Shown here: piece after piece, positions 38,477-50,395 of the stretch | How positions within the stretch are numbered: position 1 is the first letter of the stretch | Layout of the letters: each line of letters opens with the position of its first letter | Source of the DNA: Octopus sinensis | Lineage: Eukaryota | DNA: 64,000 nt | Assembly: GCF_006345805.1 (NCBI RefSeq) | Contig: NC_043006.1 | Location: 37,882,001 to 37,946,000 of the forward strand | Direction of reading: 5' to 3' | The notes under the pieces: model-generated | Database searches by the model: none | Told to the model about the DNA's origin: nothing | The model's input: only the letters and a program-made list of their open reading frames with translations | Program-made: the position numbers and the translations under genes

Positions 38477-38699
38477 TACATTATTTACATTTGACAGATG
38501 TTTGTCCTCATCTTGTTTGTTGTTAACATGTTTCGGCTGATATACCCTCCAGCCTTCATCAGGTGTCTTGGGAAAATTTTGATCCCAGGTTCGAAATTTC
38601 CCCAAGACACCTGATGAAGGCTGGATGGTGTATCAGCCGAAATGTTGTGCTAACAACAAATAAGATGAGGACAAATATCCATCAAATGTAAATAATGTA
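38477..38699. mobile_element. Fold-back of a PLE-type pLTR with two inverted hammerhead motifs
   Basis: Arms 38477-38579 and 38594-38699. Each has gacac CTGATGA a ggctg...cagcc GAAA, with a degenerate stem III / cleavage site. Confidence 0.75.
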
Positions 38700-38802
38700 G
38701 CAATTCAATTGTTTATTCCACATCACTCAAAACAGCCAGTTTTGCACCTGTGTTAAAAATAATCACTACTGTTATTGTTATGAAGTGGATTAGCTGGATC
38801 AG

Positions 38803-39167
38803 TAGTTAGTTAGTTAGTTAGTTAGTTAATTTTTGGCTCAAAAAGCAAAAAGCAAGGCCATGTAGGGGGACATGGAGTTATGTACAGAGTGGTGTTCATG
38901 TAAAGAGTTCAGGCCATTTGTGGTCAAGTGAGACTTTGAACCGAGCGGTCGTCGGCATCTTCACCATCTCGTCCGGCAGCTTATTCCACGGATCCGCAAC
39001 CCGGATGGAGAAAGCCCATCTCCTTCGATTGAGATCAAATCGTCGCAGATAGAGCTTTTCGGAGTGACCCCGCAGCCAACGCTCTGGAGCAGGAGTGAAG
39101 AACAGCTCTTTCGAGAGGTTACACTTTCCGCTTATGATGTTGTGAGCAAGAATGAGATCACCACGGC
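38803..39167 (-). mobile_element. Young 3' fragment of a CR1 LINE (family 2) with (AACT)n tail
   Basis: 38896-39165 reads RGDLILAHNIISGK..FF..LRGHSEKL..RFDLNRRRWAFSIRVADPWNKLP..V..PTTARFKVSLDHKW with no stops; CpG-rich. Confidence 0.9.
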
Positions 39168-40762
39168 ATTGGCGTCCTCATCAACATCATCTAATGTTTT
39201 CCATGTTGACATGGGTTGGATGGTTTCACAGGGGCTGACCAGCTGGAGACCTGCCCAGACTCTATGTCTGTTTAGGAATGGTTTCTACACTTGGATGCCC
39301 TTACTAAAGCCAACCAATTTACAGAATGTACTGGGTGTTTTCAAGGTGGCACCAGTGCAGGTGCTTCTTATGTGGCACCGGCACAGGTGCTTTTTACATG
39401 GCACCAACGCCAGTAGTGTGAAGATAAATTACCTTGAAGTATTTAGAGATGCTTCCTTATGTTTTGAGTCCAAATTCTATGAAGGTTAGCATATGCTTGT
39501 CACCCACCTGGGGTTAATAGAATAAAGTAATAGTCAAATCCTGGAAGCGGGGTGATATAATTGACTGGAAATATTTTCCCATCCTAAAATACCAGACCCT
39601 GAACTAATGCTAGAAAACACTACTATTATTAAAGCTGGTTGATTAGTAGAACAGGTGGAGGCCTAATTTAATGAACGGACAAAATTAGTAAAGAAGCAAG
39701 TATGATGCTTAAAGATTCTTAATTATGTCTCTCTGTATTCTGGTTTCAACTGCTCACCCACCCCACCTTCCTACCTGTATTCTGACCCCAGAGTAATAGC
39801 ACCCATCAGGGGCCCAGTGATGGGTTAATTAGTATGTCATATAATCGCTTCCAGAAGAACATTTTAAATATTTTACCTTTTAACTTGTCCCACTTGAAGT
39901 ATTCGTGTGTTTGGGTTATTAGTAATTTTTAAAGAGTAGCATACAATTTAACTATTTTGGTCCACTTTACTAGCCCCTATTGTGCAGGGGGGACCAAGTA
40001 TACTCCGTTCAGGGCATCTGCATTTCAGTCATGGGTACAGAGTTAACTTGTTTTTGATAGTGGGGTACTTTCTGAGATTCTCAACATTTCCTGTGATGTA
40101 GTACATGCATTTTATTTTTACTGGCCAACAGAAAGAAGTCTGGAGAAAAGATTTGCATATGATTAGCATGTTACATTACCAGTAAAAATTTAATTAGTGG
40201 AGTCTGGGTGATGATGTACTATGCACAATTTGTGTTTACAGACCAATAAAAAAAGATTTTGAGAGCTGATTTGCCTCTGATTAGCAAGTTATGCCACCGG
40301 TAAAAAATTCACAAGTACAGTGAGGGTTAAGAATCATTGTAACTGTTTTAGTTTTTTTAAACTTTTAATACTTCACACTTCAAAACATTTCTGCATTTAA
40401 ATCATTAGTAGACTGAAGATAACATAAATGCAAATATTTAAATTTTTTATTTTCATTTTTTTTTTTTTTTTTTAACATTCCACATACAATTTCAACACTT
40501 CTGTTTTTGCATTATTAATATTTTTCATGATGTGAAAGAGATAATTTCACATTATCGCTTCTAAATCATATATTGTTCTACATATACACACATATGCATG
40601 CACACTCACACACATCATATAACATTCAGCTTAATATGCTACAAACAACTCTGTTTACCAGATTCTAAAAATTTCAATTTCCAAATCTTTTACACCTTAA
40701 AACATTTCTATATCTATTTTCAACTCTACTATTTAAATTCCTGGATATATATATATATATAT

Positions 40763-40804
<42 letters not shown>

Positions 40805-40869
40805 TATATATATATATATACATATATATATACACATGCACATATATATGTATATCTATATACATATGC

Positions 40870-40902
<33 letters not shown>

Positions 40903-42109
40903 CATATATACATATGCACACAAACACACACACATATATTCTAGTTTAGAATTTCACTATAACCCTTTCATAACAGATATTTTAACATGGCGGAATTGAA
41001 TGCCGATAAGCAGATATTTTCAACATTTGAACAAAAAAAAAAATTATGCTTGACAAAGATGTCTGGGTTATTGAACTTAATAGATGGTGCTGCTGATGAT
41101 GATGATGGTGCTGATGGTGATGATGATGACTATTTTTGTTGTTATTTTGTTTTCATATGAGTTCTCTGCTAAACTACAAGATCACTTTCTTGTTCCCGAG
41201 GTGTGCACAATATTGTCTCCCGAGGAAAGTGGAAAGTCAATTTTGAGTAACGTCTAATGTTTTTCTATATTGCTGTGTTATTCTCGTTTGTTGAGAAGGT
41301 TTGTAAAGGATTTGAAGACGATTGTGCAGAATATGTGTTGTGTGGGTTGTGCTACCGTAGTGGGAGGTGACTGTGTAGAAGGTGTGTAGTGCTGTTTGTG
41401 CTTTGCAGTTGAATGGAGAGGTGATTGTATGGAGTGTGAATTGTGCAAAGCATGGAGGAGTATTAAGAGGCTTTTGTATAGAATATGTTCTGTGTGATAT
41501 GCGTCAGTGCTGGAATGTGAATGTGTAGAATATTGTATTCTCTGGCATACAAGTCAGTGTAGTATAAGGCATAAACATGTAGTGTAAATGTTCAATCATT
41601 GTCACAATCTTTCCAAATCCTGCTGCATTTCACAAGGAATTTGTGGGCCTTCAAAGTTATCTTGGGTTTTTGACGGAGGGTCAAAATTGGTGACAAAAAC
41701 AGAACAGTGAAAACAAACAGGAGGAGCTGCTAAGCCTGAACAAGTTTGCGGTGGCAAACACAAAGAAGTGAGCTTGGACAGGAGACAGACAAGAATAAGT
41801 CTTCTTTGTCCAGCTGCAACAGGAAGAAAGAATGAAACACAAGTTAGGAGGAGAAATAAAAATGGCTGATGGTCACGTGGGAGCCACATAAGCAAAGGAG
41901 GAAGATTGAGGGAGAGTGACAGACAGAGAATTGTGAAGGGAAGAGGAAAAGATTTGGAGATAGGATAAAAGAGAAAAAGAGAGGGAGAAGGGGAGGTAAA
42001 AGAATAAGAGAAAGGAAGTGAGAAAATGAAAGAGTAAAAGGACAGAATAGAGGGAGAGAAGGAGGTAAAAAGAATAAGTGAAAAGAAGAGAGATATACAT
42101 ATACATATG

Positions 42110-42216
42110 CATATATATATATATACCTATGTGGTATATATATATATATACCTATGTGTGTATATATATATATATATTATATATATATTATATATATATA
42201 TATATATATAATATCC

Positions 42217-42248
<32 letters not shown>

Positions 42249-42268
42249 CCTATGTGTGTATATATATA

Positions 42269-42306
<38 letters not shown>

Positions 42307-42327
42307 ACCTATGTGTGTATATATATA

Positions 42328-42373
<46 letters not shown>

Positions 42374-42448
42374 ATTGTGTATATATATATATATTATATA
42401 TATATTATATATATATATATATATATACCTATGTGTGTATATAATATA

Positions 42449-42483
<35 letters not shown>

Positions 42484-42536
42484 AGATAGATATATATATA
42501 TATATACCTATGTGGTATATATATATATATATATAT

Positions 42537-42570
<34 letters not shown>
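42110..42570. repeat. (TA)n tract punctuated by ~8 copies of cctatgtg
   Basis: Motif or close variant at ~42126, 42151, 42216, 42249, 42307, 42371, 42428 and 42507. Confidence 0.9.
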
Positions 42571-42580
<10 letters not shown>

Positions 42581-42868
42581 CACACACACACACATCTTAG
42601 CGTCCTGAAAGATAAAAACATGGAGCATTTCCAATGCAGCACTCAACCTAAGCATGAGGCTATGTACCTATCTACACTTTTGAATTGCAGTCTTGAGAAA
42701 GCTCGAAATTCCTCGAGAAAATCCAGGTATGCATACTTAAATACTTCATGTGTCACACACCTGACAAAGCACACCACCTCGTTAATCAAACTAGTTGGCC
42801 AAAATTCTGGATGTAAACAACTATTTACTTCTGTGTAATATTTTATTTGATTCTCTTACCATATGAAA

Positions 42869-42907
<39 letters not shown>

Positions 42908-42908
<1 letters not shown>

Positions 42909-43121
42909 TCTTTTAATCTTTTACTTGTTTCAGTCATTTGACTGCAGCCATGCTGGAGCACCACCTTTTAGTCAAAAAAATCAACCCCAGGACGTATTCT
43001 TTGTAAGCCTATTACTGATTCTGTTTTTTCTTTTTTTGCTGAGCCGCTGAATTACGGGGATGTACACACACCAGCATCAGATATCAAGCGATGTTGTGGG
43101 GGAACAAACACAGACATACAA

Positions 43122-43153
<32 letters not shown>

Positions 43154-43320
43154 GATGCGCTTCTTTCAGTTTCTGTCTACCAAATCCACTCACAAGGCTT
43201 TGGTCGGCCTGAGGCTATAGTAGAAGACACTTACCCAAGGTACCACAGAGTGGGACTGAACCCTGAACCATGTAGTTGGTAAGCAAGCTACTTAACCACA
43301 CAGCCACTCCTGTGCCTATA
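42908..43320 (-). mobile_element. Family A SINE, full length
   Basis: Complete head-to-tail match to the other family A copies. Confidence 0.85.
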
Positions 43321-43323
43321 TAC

Positions 43324-43363
<40 letters not shown>

Positions 43364-43585
43364 TGTACTTGTATGTATGTATATATAGGCATAGGCATGG
43401 CTGTATTGTAAGAAGCTTGCTTTCCAATCACATGGTCTTGGGTTCAGTCCCACTGCGTGGCACCTTGGGCAAGTATCTTCTACCATGACCTTGGGTTGTC
43501 CAAAGCCTTAGGAGCAAATTTGATAAGGAGAAACCTGTGTTTTTACCATATATGCAGAGTCTACCAAAAAAATGTATACACTTCA

Positions 43586-43768
43586 TAGGCGCGGGAGTGG
43601 CTGTATGGTAAAAGGCTTGCTTACCAACCACATGATTTCGGGTTCAGTTACACTGTGTGGTACCTCGGGCGAGTGTCTTCTACTATAGCCTTGGGCCAAT
43701 GAAAGCCTTGTGTGTGGATTTGGTAGACAGAAAATGAAAGAAGCCCATCACATGTATATGTATATATA

Positions 43769-43819
<51 letters not shown>

Positions 43820-44022
43820 ATGTTTGTGTTTGTCCACCCAACATTGCTTGACAACTGATTTTGGTGAGTTTACATCCCCGTAACTTAGCAGTTCAGCAAA
43901 AGAGACCAATAGAATAAGTACTAGGCTTACAAAGTATAAATCCTGGGGTCGATTTTCTCGACTAAAGGTGGTAATCCAGCATGGCCACAGTCAAATGACT
44001 GAAACAAATAAAAGAATAAAAG
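43586..44022 (+). mobile_element. Family A SINE, full length
   Basis: Runs from aggcgcgggagtggctg to atgactgaaacaaataaaaga. Confidence 0.85.
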
Positions 44023-44163
44023 AACTTCAGGAACAGAAAAATCTGTATAAATATTTAACTTACATAATCATCTCTATAAATATAAATACCTCTTTCGGTG
44101 TTTTATCAGATTACAGTAACACTGAGTAAAAATATTTATACAGATTTTTCATTTCCTGAAGTT
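44023..44163. repeat. Short fold-back with ~34-bp arms
   Basis: aacttcaggaacagaaaaatctgtataaatattt versus aatatttatacagatttttcatttcctgaagtt. Confidence 0.8.
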
Positions 44164-44208
44164 TGCATACACTTTTGGTGGACTGTATGTGTATATAATA
44201 TATATATA

Positions 44209-44240
<32 letters not shown>

Positions 44241-44436
44241 GTTGGCGTTATATATATATATATATATTAGTTGGCGTTAGGAAGGGCATCCAGCTGTAGA
44301 AACACTGCCAGATAAGACTGGAGCCTGGTGCAGCCTTCTGGCTTCCCAGATCCCCGGTTGAACCGTCCAACCCATGCTAGCATGGAGAACGGACGTTAAA
44401 CGACGATGATGATGATGATGATATATGTGTGTGTGT

Positions 44437-44770
44437 GACTGCGTGTGTACCATTGGCGATTTTTTTTCCTCTGTCTTCCCTTCTCTGGATCTTTCCTTCT
44501 ATGCTTCCAATGAAGAGCTCCGCTCGAAATGTTAAACCCTCCTTCTTTCCTGAGCGTCCAATAATACTATATTTGTTCCACGTCCTCGCGTTGTTGTGTT
44601 TTCTCCTTGTGTTTTCATGTTTGGATTATATATATATATAATTACTAGCCACTAAACCTGTTTCTATTTTCTTCCCCTGTTTATTTCTGTGTTCCTTTCT
44701 GTCGAAGAGCATAGGTTTGAAACGTAAAAGACTTTCTTACTTCCCGAGTGTTAAACTAATACAACTGCTT
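44437..44770 (+). mobile_element. Small element with two tandem degenerate minimal hammerhead motifs
   Basis: 44503-44537: gctt CCAATGA a gagc-tcc-gctc GAAA t GTT aaac. 44695-44730: cttt CTGTCGA a gagc-atag-gttt GAAA c GTA aaag. The internal segment also occurs at ~36698-36780. Confidence 0.55.
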
Positions 44771-45701
44771 GACAACCGGTGCTGTTGTGTTTACGTCCCA
44801 TCAACTTAGAGGTTTGGCAAAAGAGACTGACAGAACAAGTACCAAGCATAAAACATAGAAAAGAAAAAAAACTGGTATCGGTTCCTTCGACTCAGAATTC
44901 CTCGAGCTGGAGTTCCATAATGGCCACAGTCAAATGATTGAAACACGACAAAAGATAAAGGATAAAGCATAAAAGATGCCAAACTGATGTTTACAAATCA
45001 ATGAGAATTTGAAGAAGGAGACAGTTTCACATGGACTGAGATTAAAAGAACTAACGATCCACACTAACTCCCAATCAATTATTTTTTTCCTTATCGCTTT
45101 TATAAGCATTGTGAATATTGCATGGCTAAGTCCAGACGCAGGCTATTGCAGCTGAAATTGGAATCTTAGCGTTATCATAGTTTCTCTGATGCTTTCTCAT
45201 GCTGCTTCTCTCTTATCGCAAATTTTTCTATCTCGGTGGGAGCCATTTCAAAACTACCAGTTGCACATGTCTTTTTGGTAATTTCAAACAGAACTGACAA
45301 TAACTTTCTACACAATAAACGTGAGTATGAGGTGGTAAGAAATGGCGGTTTATTCCTCGTCAACAGTGCTGCCATATTGGTGGTACCACTACTGCTACTG
45401 CCAAGACTGTTTATGAATTCATGAGGTGGCTTTTCTTTGGTTCTTATACACTTGCATGTGTTTGATTTATTCTCGCCCATCACATGACCTCAATCTCTGC
45501 AGGAATTGAGTGGTCAGTTGTGTTGCCATGCAACAGAGGAGGTGAGAATTTGATTCTGCAACAAAACACCTAAATGAACATAGCCATGTAGCCATGCAAC
45601 TTCAATTTCCTTATACATGAACACACATGCCAGGTGTGCGTAAATGTGTGTGTGCCTGCATGCACGTCTGTGCTTGTACGTGTCTGTGTGTATGTATGTG
45701 A

Positions 45702-45736
<35 letters not shown>

Positions 45737-46081
45737 TGTTGTGTCTGTATGTTTGTGTATACACACACATATAGACACAGGCATATATGAAATATTCAAA
45801 AGGATTTATTCAAATAATGATTGTACACGTTTCAATAATAGACTTATTATACATTCATACAATAAATTGCCATCATTTCTTCAGGAATTGAAATTTATAT
45901 AAATGTTAGAAGTGAATAAAAAACTAAAAAAAAAAAAAAAAAATAGGGTATTTGATATTACACATCGAAGAAATTTATACCATACAGTTGACACAAAAAA
46001 GAAAATGAAAAGCTATGATATAAAACTGAAAACAAATATGGCAAAACAAAATATGAAAGAGTGAAAGACAAAAAATGCATG

Positions 46082-46147
<66 letters not shown>

Positions 46148-47029
46148 TCACAAAATTTCCATATTGAATTTCTAAGTTATAGTAAATTGTCTTAAAACAT
46201 TTTGATAAATCTTTCAATGGAAATTTATACTACACACACACACACACACACACACATGTGCATACGTACATATATATGTATATATACACACATATCACAT
46301 CTACATGTCGGTGTGTGCGTGTTTGTGCACATAGATATCCATTTTCATTTTCAGTAAGAACTTGTTAATTAAATAAATGATATAAGAAAACTAACAATTT
46401 CTCTGATGGCAACACAAAGACCCTTCGATCACATGCTTAATTAACACCTCACTAATTACACTACACGGTGGTAAACTAAACCCAACTTAATATGTTATAT
46501 AGCAATATGGTTCCAGGTTCAGTCCCACTGCATGGTACCTTGGGCAAGTGTCTGCTACTATAGCCTAGGGCTGACCAAAGCCTTGTGAGTGGATTTGGTG
46601 GACGGAAACTGAAAAAAGCCCATCATATATATATATATTTTTTTCTATATAGTTGCAGGCATGGCTGTGTGGTAAGAAGCTTGCTCTCCAACAACATGGT
46701 TTTGGGTTCAGTTCCACTGCCTGGCACCTTGGGCAAGTGTCTTCTACTATAGCCTCAGGCTGACCAAAGCATTGTGAGTGGATTTGGTGGATGGAAATTG
46801 AAAGAAACCTATCATATATATGTATCTATGTATGTATGTATTTGTGTATCTGTGTTTGTTCCCACCACCATTGCTTGAGAACCGATATTGATGTGTTTAC
46901 ATCCCTGTAACTTAGTGACTCACCAAAAGAGACCGACAGAATAAGTACTAGGCTTACAAAGAATAAGTCCTTGGTTTGATTTGTTTGACTAAAGGCAGAG
47001 ATCCAGTATGGACATGTGTCTGCCAAGTT

Positions 47030-47372
47030 TGTGCCAAAACTGCTTTAAGCCGAACAAAAACAATTCAGCTGCACAAAATCTCCTTGATTGTGTCAAAAAA
47101 GATAGAAAATTTTTGAAATCATTGCAGAGGCCTCTGAGCAAATATCGCCAAGCTTTTGGTAAAATTTGATGCAGATTCTCTGCTCAACTTTCTCTGTTAT
47201 AGTCACGGTGACGATCTTCCAAGCACTCCTGTAAACAATGGAAGTGAGCTAGAATGTTAAAACTTAGTCCACATGCACAGCAGAGTTGAAGGTCAATCTG
47301 TGCTGAGCGCCTTCACTCTGCATGCTTTAGCTTCGTTACTATGGCAACAGTTCAGATACTTATTAATCAGAG
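47030..47372 (-). mobile_element. Mariner left end / internally deleted derivative
   Basis: Minus reads TEKVEQRICIKFYQKLGDICSEASAMIS, a mariner N-terminal motif (EQR.CIKF..KLG). Confidence 0.7.
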
Positions 47373-47392
47373 CATGTATGTATGTATGTATG

Positions 47393-47426
<34 letters not shown>

Positions 47427-47456
47427 GGTGCAGGAGTGACTGTGTGGTAAGTATAG

Positions 47457-47915
47457 TATAGGTGCAGGAGTGGCTGTATGGTAAGTAGCTTGCTTACCAG
47501 CCACATGGTTCTGGGTTCATTCCCACTGCGTGGCACTTTGGGCAAGTGTCATCTACTATAGCCTCGGGCTGACCAATGCCTTATGAGTGGATCTGGTAGA
47601 CGAAAACTGAAAGAAGCCCGTCATATATATGTATATATATATATATTATATATATATATATATATATAATATATATATATATATATGTGTATGTGTGTAT
47701 ATATTTGTGCCTGTGTTTGTCCCCCCCCACCCAACATCACTTGACAACCGATGCTGGTGTGTTTACGTCCCCGTAACTTAGCGGTTCGGCAAAAGACACA
47801 TATAAAATAAGCACTAGGCTTCCAAAGAATAAGTCCTGGGGTCGATTTGCTCAACCAAAGGCGGTGCTCCAGCATGGCAGCAGTCAAATGACTGAAACAA
47901 GTAAAAGAGAAAATA
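47457..47915 (+). mobile_element. Family A SINE, full length, with a duplicated 5' 33 bp
   Basis: 47424-47456 repeats the head ataggtgcaggagtg.ctgt.tggtaagta. Confidence 0.85.
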
Positions 47916-48447
47916 AAAGCGAATGTATACAGGAGGGGCTTCCACACAGTTTCTACCAGCCAGATTCACTTACTGGAAAACCAACTTCTTACCAAACAGC
48001 CATGCTTGTGCCTGTTATTACCACGCGGTTATACCTGTGTCTACAATACAATGAATTAAACAAACAACAGGTAAAATTTGAATATAAATGATATAATTGT
48101 ATAATTGGGGTTAATCATTGTTATAAACATAAGCATTCTTTCATTCAGCCATATATACATATTTATATGATTGTGGCTATTTGCACACACACACACATAA
48201 TTATCAATTAACAGCTATAATTTTTATTCAAATAATGGAAGACATTATAAGCACTCATTTAACACAGAAAAAAATATCTAATTTACATAATTATGGATAA
48301 TTCTTCACACACTCACCCACAAATGCATAAATATGTAAGTATGTATTGCTTTGTTCATTTTCATATGTTTGCAAATATATATTTGTTCACAAACACACTG
48401 AAACACATACTCATACACATACAAATATATAATTATGAATTTAACTC

Positions 48448-48686
48448 TTTTATTTTTTTAACTCTTTTACTTGTTTCAGTCATTTGACTGCGGCCATGCT
48501 GGAGCACCGCCTTTAGTCGAGCAAATCGACCCCAGGACTTATTCTTTGGAAGCCTAGTACTTATTCTATCGGTCTCTTTTGCCAAACCGCTAAGTCGCGG
48601 GGACGTAAACACACCAGCATCGGTTGTCAAGTGATGTTGGGGGGATAAACATAGACACACAAACATATATACACACATACATATAC

Positions 48687-48724
<38 letters not shown>

Positions 48725-48889
48725 ACGACGGGCTTCTTTCAGTTTCTGTCTACCAAATCCACTCACAAGGCTTTGGTTGGCCCGAGGCTATAGTAGAAGA
48801 CACTTACCCAAGGTGCCACACAGTGGGACTGAACCCAGAACCATGTGGTTGGTAAGGAAGCTACTTACCACACAGCCACTCCTACACCT
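48448..48889 (-). mobile_element. Family A SINE, full length, little decayed
   Basis: Retains CpGs; another + copy follows at ~48940-49305. Confidence 0.85.
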
Positions 48890-49894
48890 AACAGCTAAAA
48901 TCTTAATATAAATAATAATTACTATACATATTTTATTTGACACTTGCTTACCAACCACATGGTTTTGGGTTCTGTCCCACTGCGTGGCACCTTGGGGAAA
49001 TGTCTTCTACTATAGCCTCAGGTCAACCATACCCTTGTGAGTGGATTTGGTAGGCAGAAACTGAAAGAAGCCCGTCGTATATATGTATATATATGTGTTT
49101 GTGTGTTTATCCCCGCAACATCGCTTGACAACCAATGGTGTGTTTATGTCCCTGTAACTTAGTGGTTAAGCAAAAGAGACCAATAGAATAAGTACTAGGC
49201 TTACAAAGAACAAGTCCTGGGGTCAATTTGCTCGACTAAAGGCAGTGCTCCAGCATGGCCACAGTCAAATGACTGAAGCAAGTAGAAGAGTAAAGAGTAA
49301 AAGAAAGTATAGTAGACAGAAAAAACAAAGGGCCGTATGATTAGGGCTCATTGTTGCCCAACAGAAATACAGGTTCGTTGTTTGGGTAACAACTTTATTT
49401 GGCAACCAGGTGGTTTAGGTTCAATTTCATTGTACAGTACCTTAGGTAAATGTTTTCTATGGGAGACTTGGGCTAACCAATGCCTTGTGAGTAGAATTGT
49501 TAGATGGAAACTACATCGAAGCCAAGGCATGACAGAAATCAAAAACCTCCTGCCTCAAATAACTTTTTGTCCAACTCATGCTAGCATGGAAAAACACACA
49601 ATAAATGACTAAATGGAATGTGTGTGTGTGTGTGTATCATCCTCCTCCTCATCATCATCATTATTATCATCATCATCAACACCATCATCATTGCTTTAAT
49701 GACAGCTTTTCCATGCTTGTATGGTTTGGGCACAATCTGTCAAGGCAGATTTTCTATGGCTGGATGATCCTCCTGTTGCCAACCTTCACCTGTTTCCAAG
49801 CAAGGAAATCCTTTCCCCATGGCCAGACCTGTCACAGAAAATTGGAAATGAATGAAATTTATTTACAGCAATCATGCAATGTCAAGACAGGGAG

Positions 49895-50395
49895 ACAAAC
49901 ACACACAGACACAAACACACATATATACACACAAACACACACACACACAAACACACACACTAAAACACATACAAACACACAGACACACACACAAACACTT
50001 ACACATGCACACACACACAAACACACAAACACATAGATACACACACAAACGCACTTACACACAGATACACACAAACACACACACAAATACACACACACAC
50101 ACACAAACACACACAAATGCACAAACACATACAAAAACACACACATACACAGAAATACACACATACACACACACAAACATACACACACAAAGACACATAC
50201 ACATAAACAAACACTTACACACACAAACATGCATACACACACATAAACGTACACAGAAACACATATATACACACACAAACGCATGCATTCAAACACACAC
50301 ACACACAAACGCACTTATACACAGATACACACACACAAACATACACACATAAACACACACATACATAAACACATATACACATACACACACAACAG
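49895..50395. repeat. Degenerate (CA)n tract
   Basis: About 500 bp of CA/AC mosaic. Confidence 0.9.
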
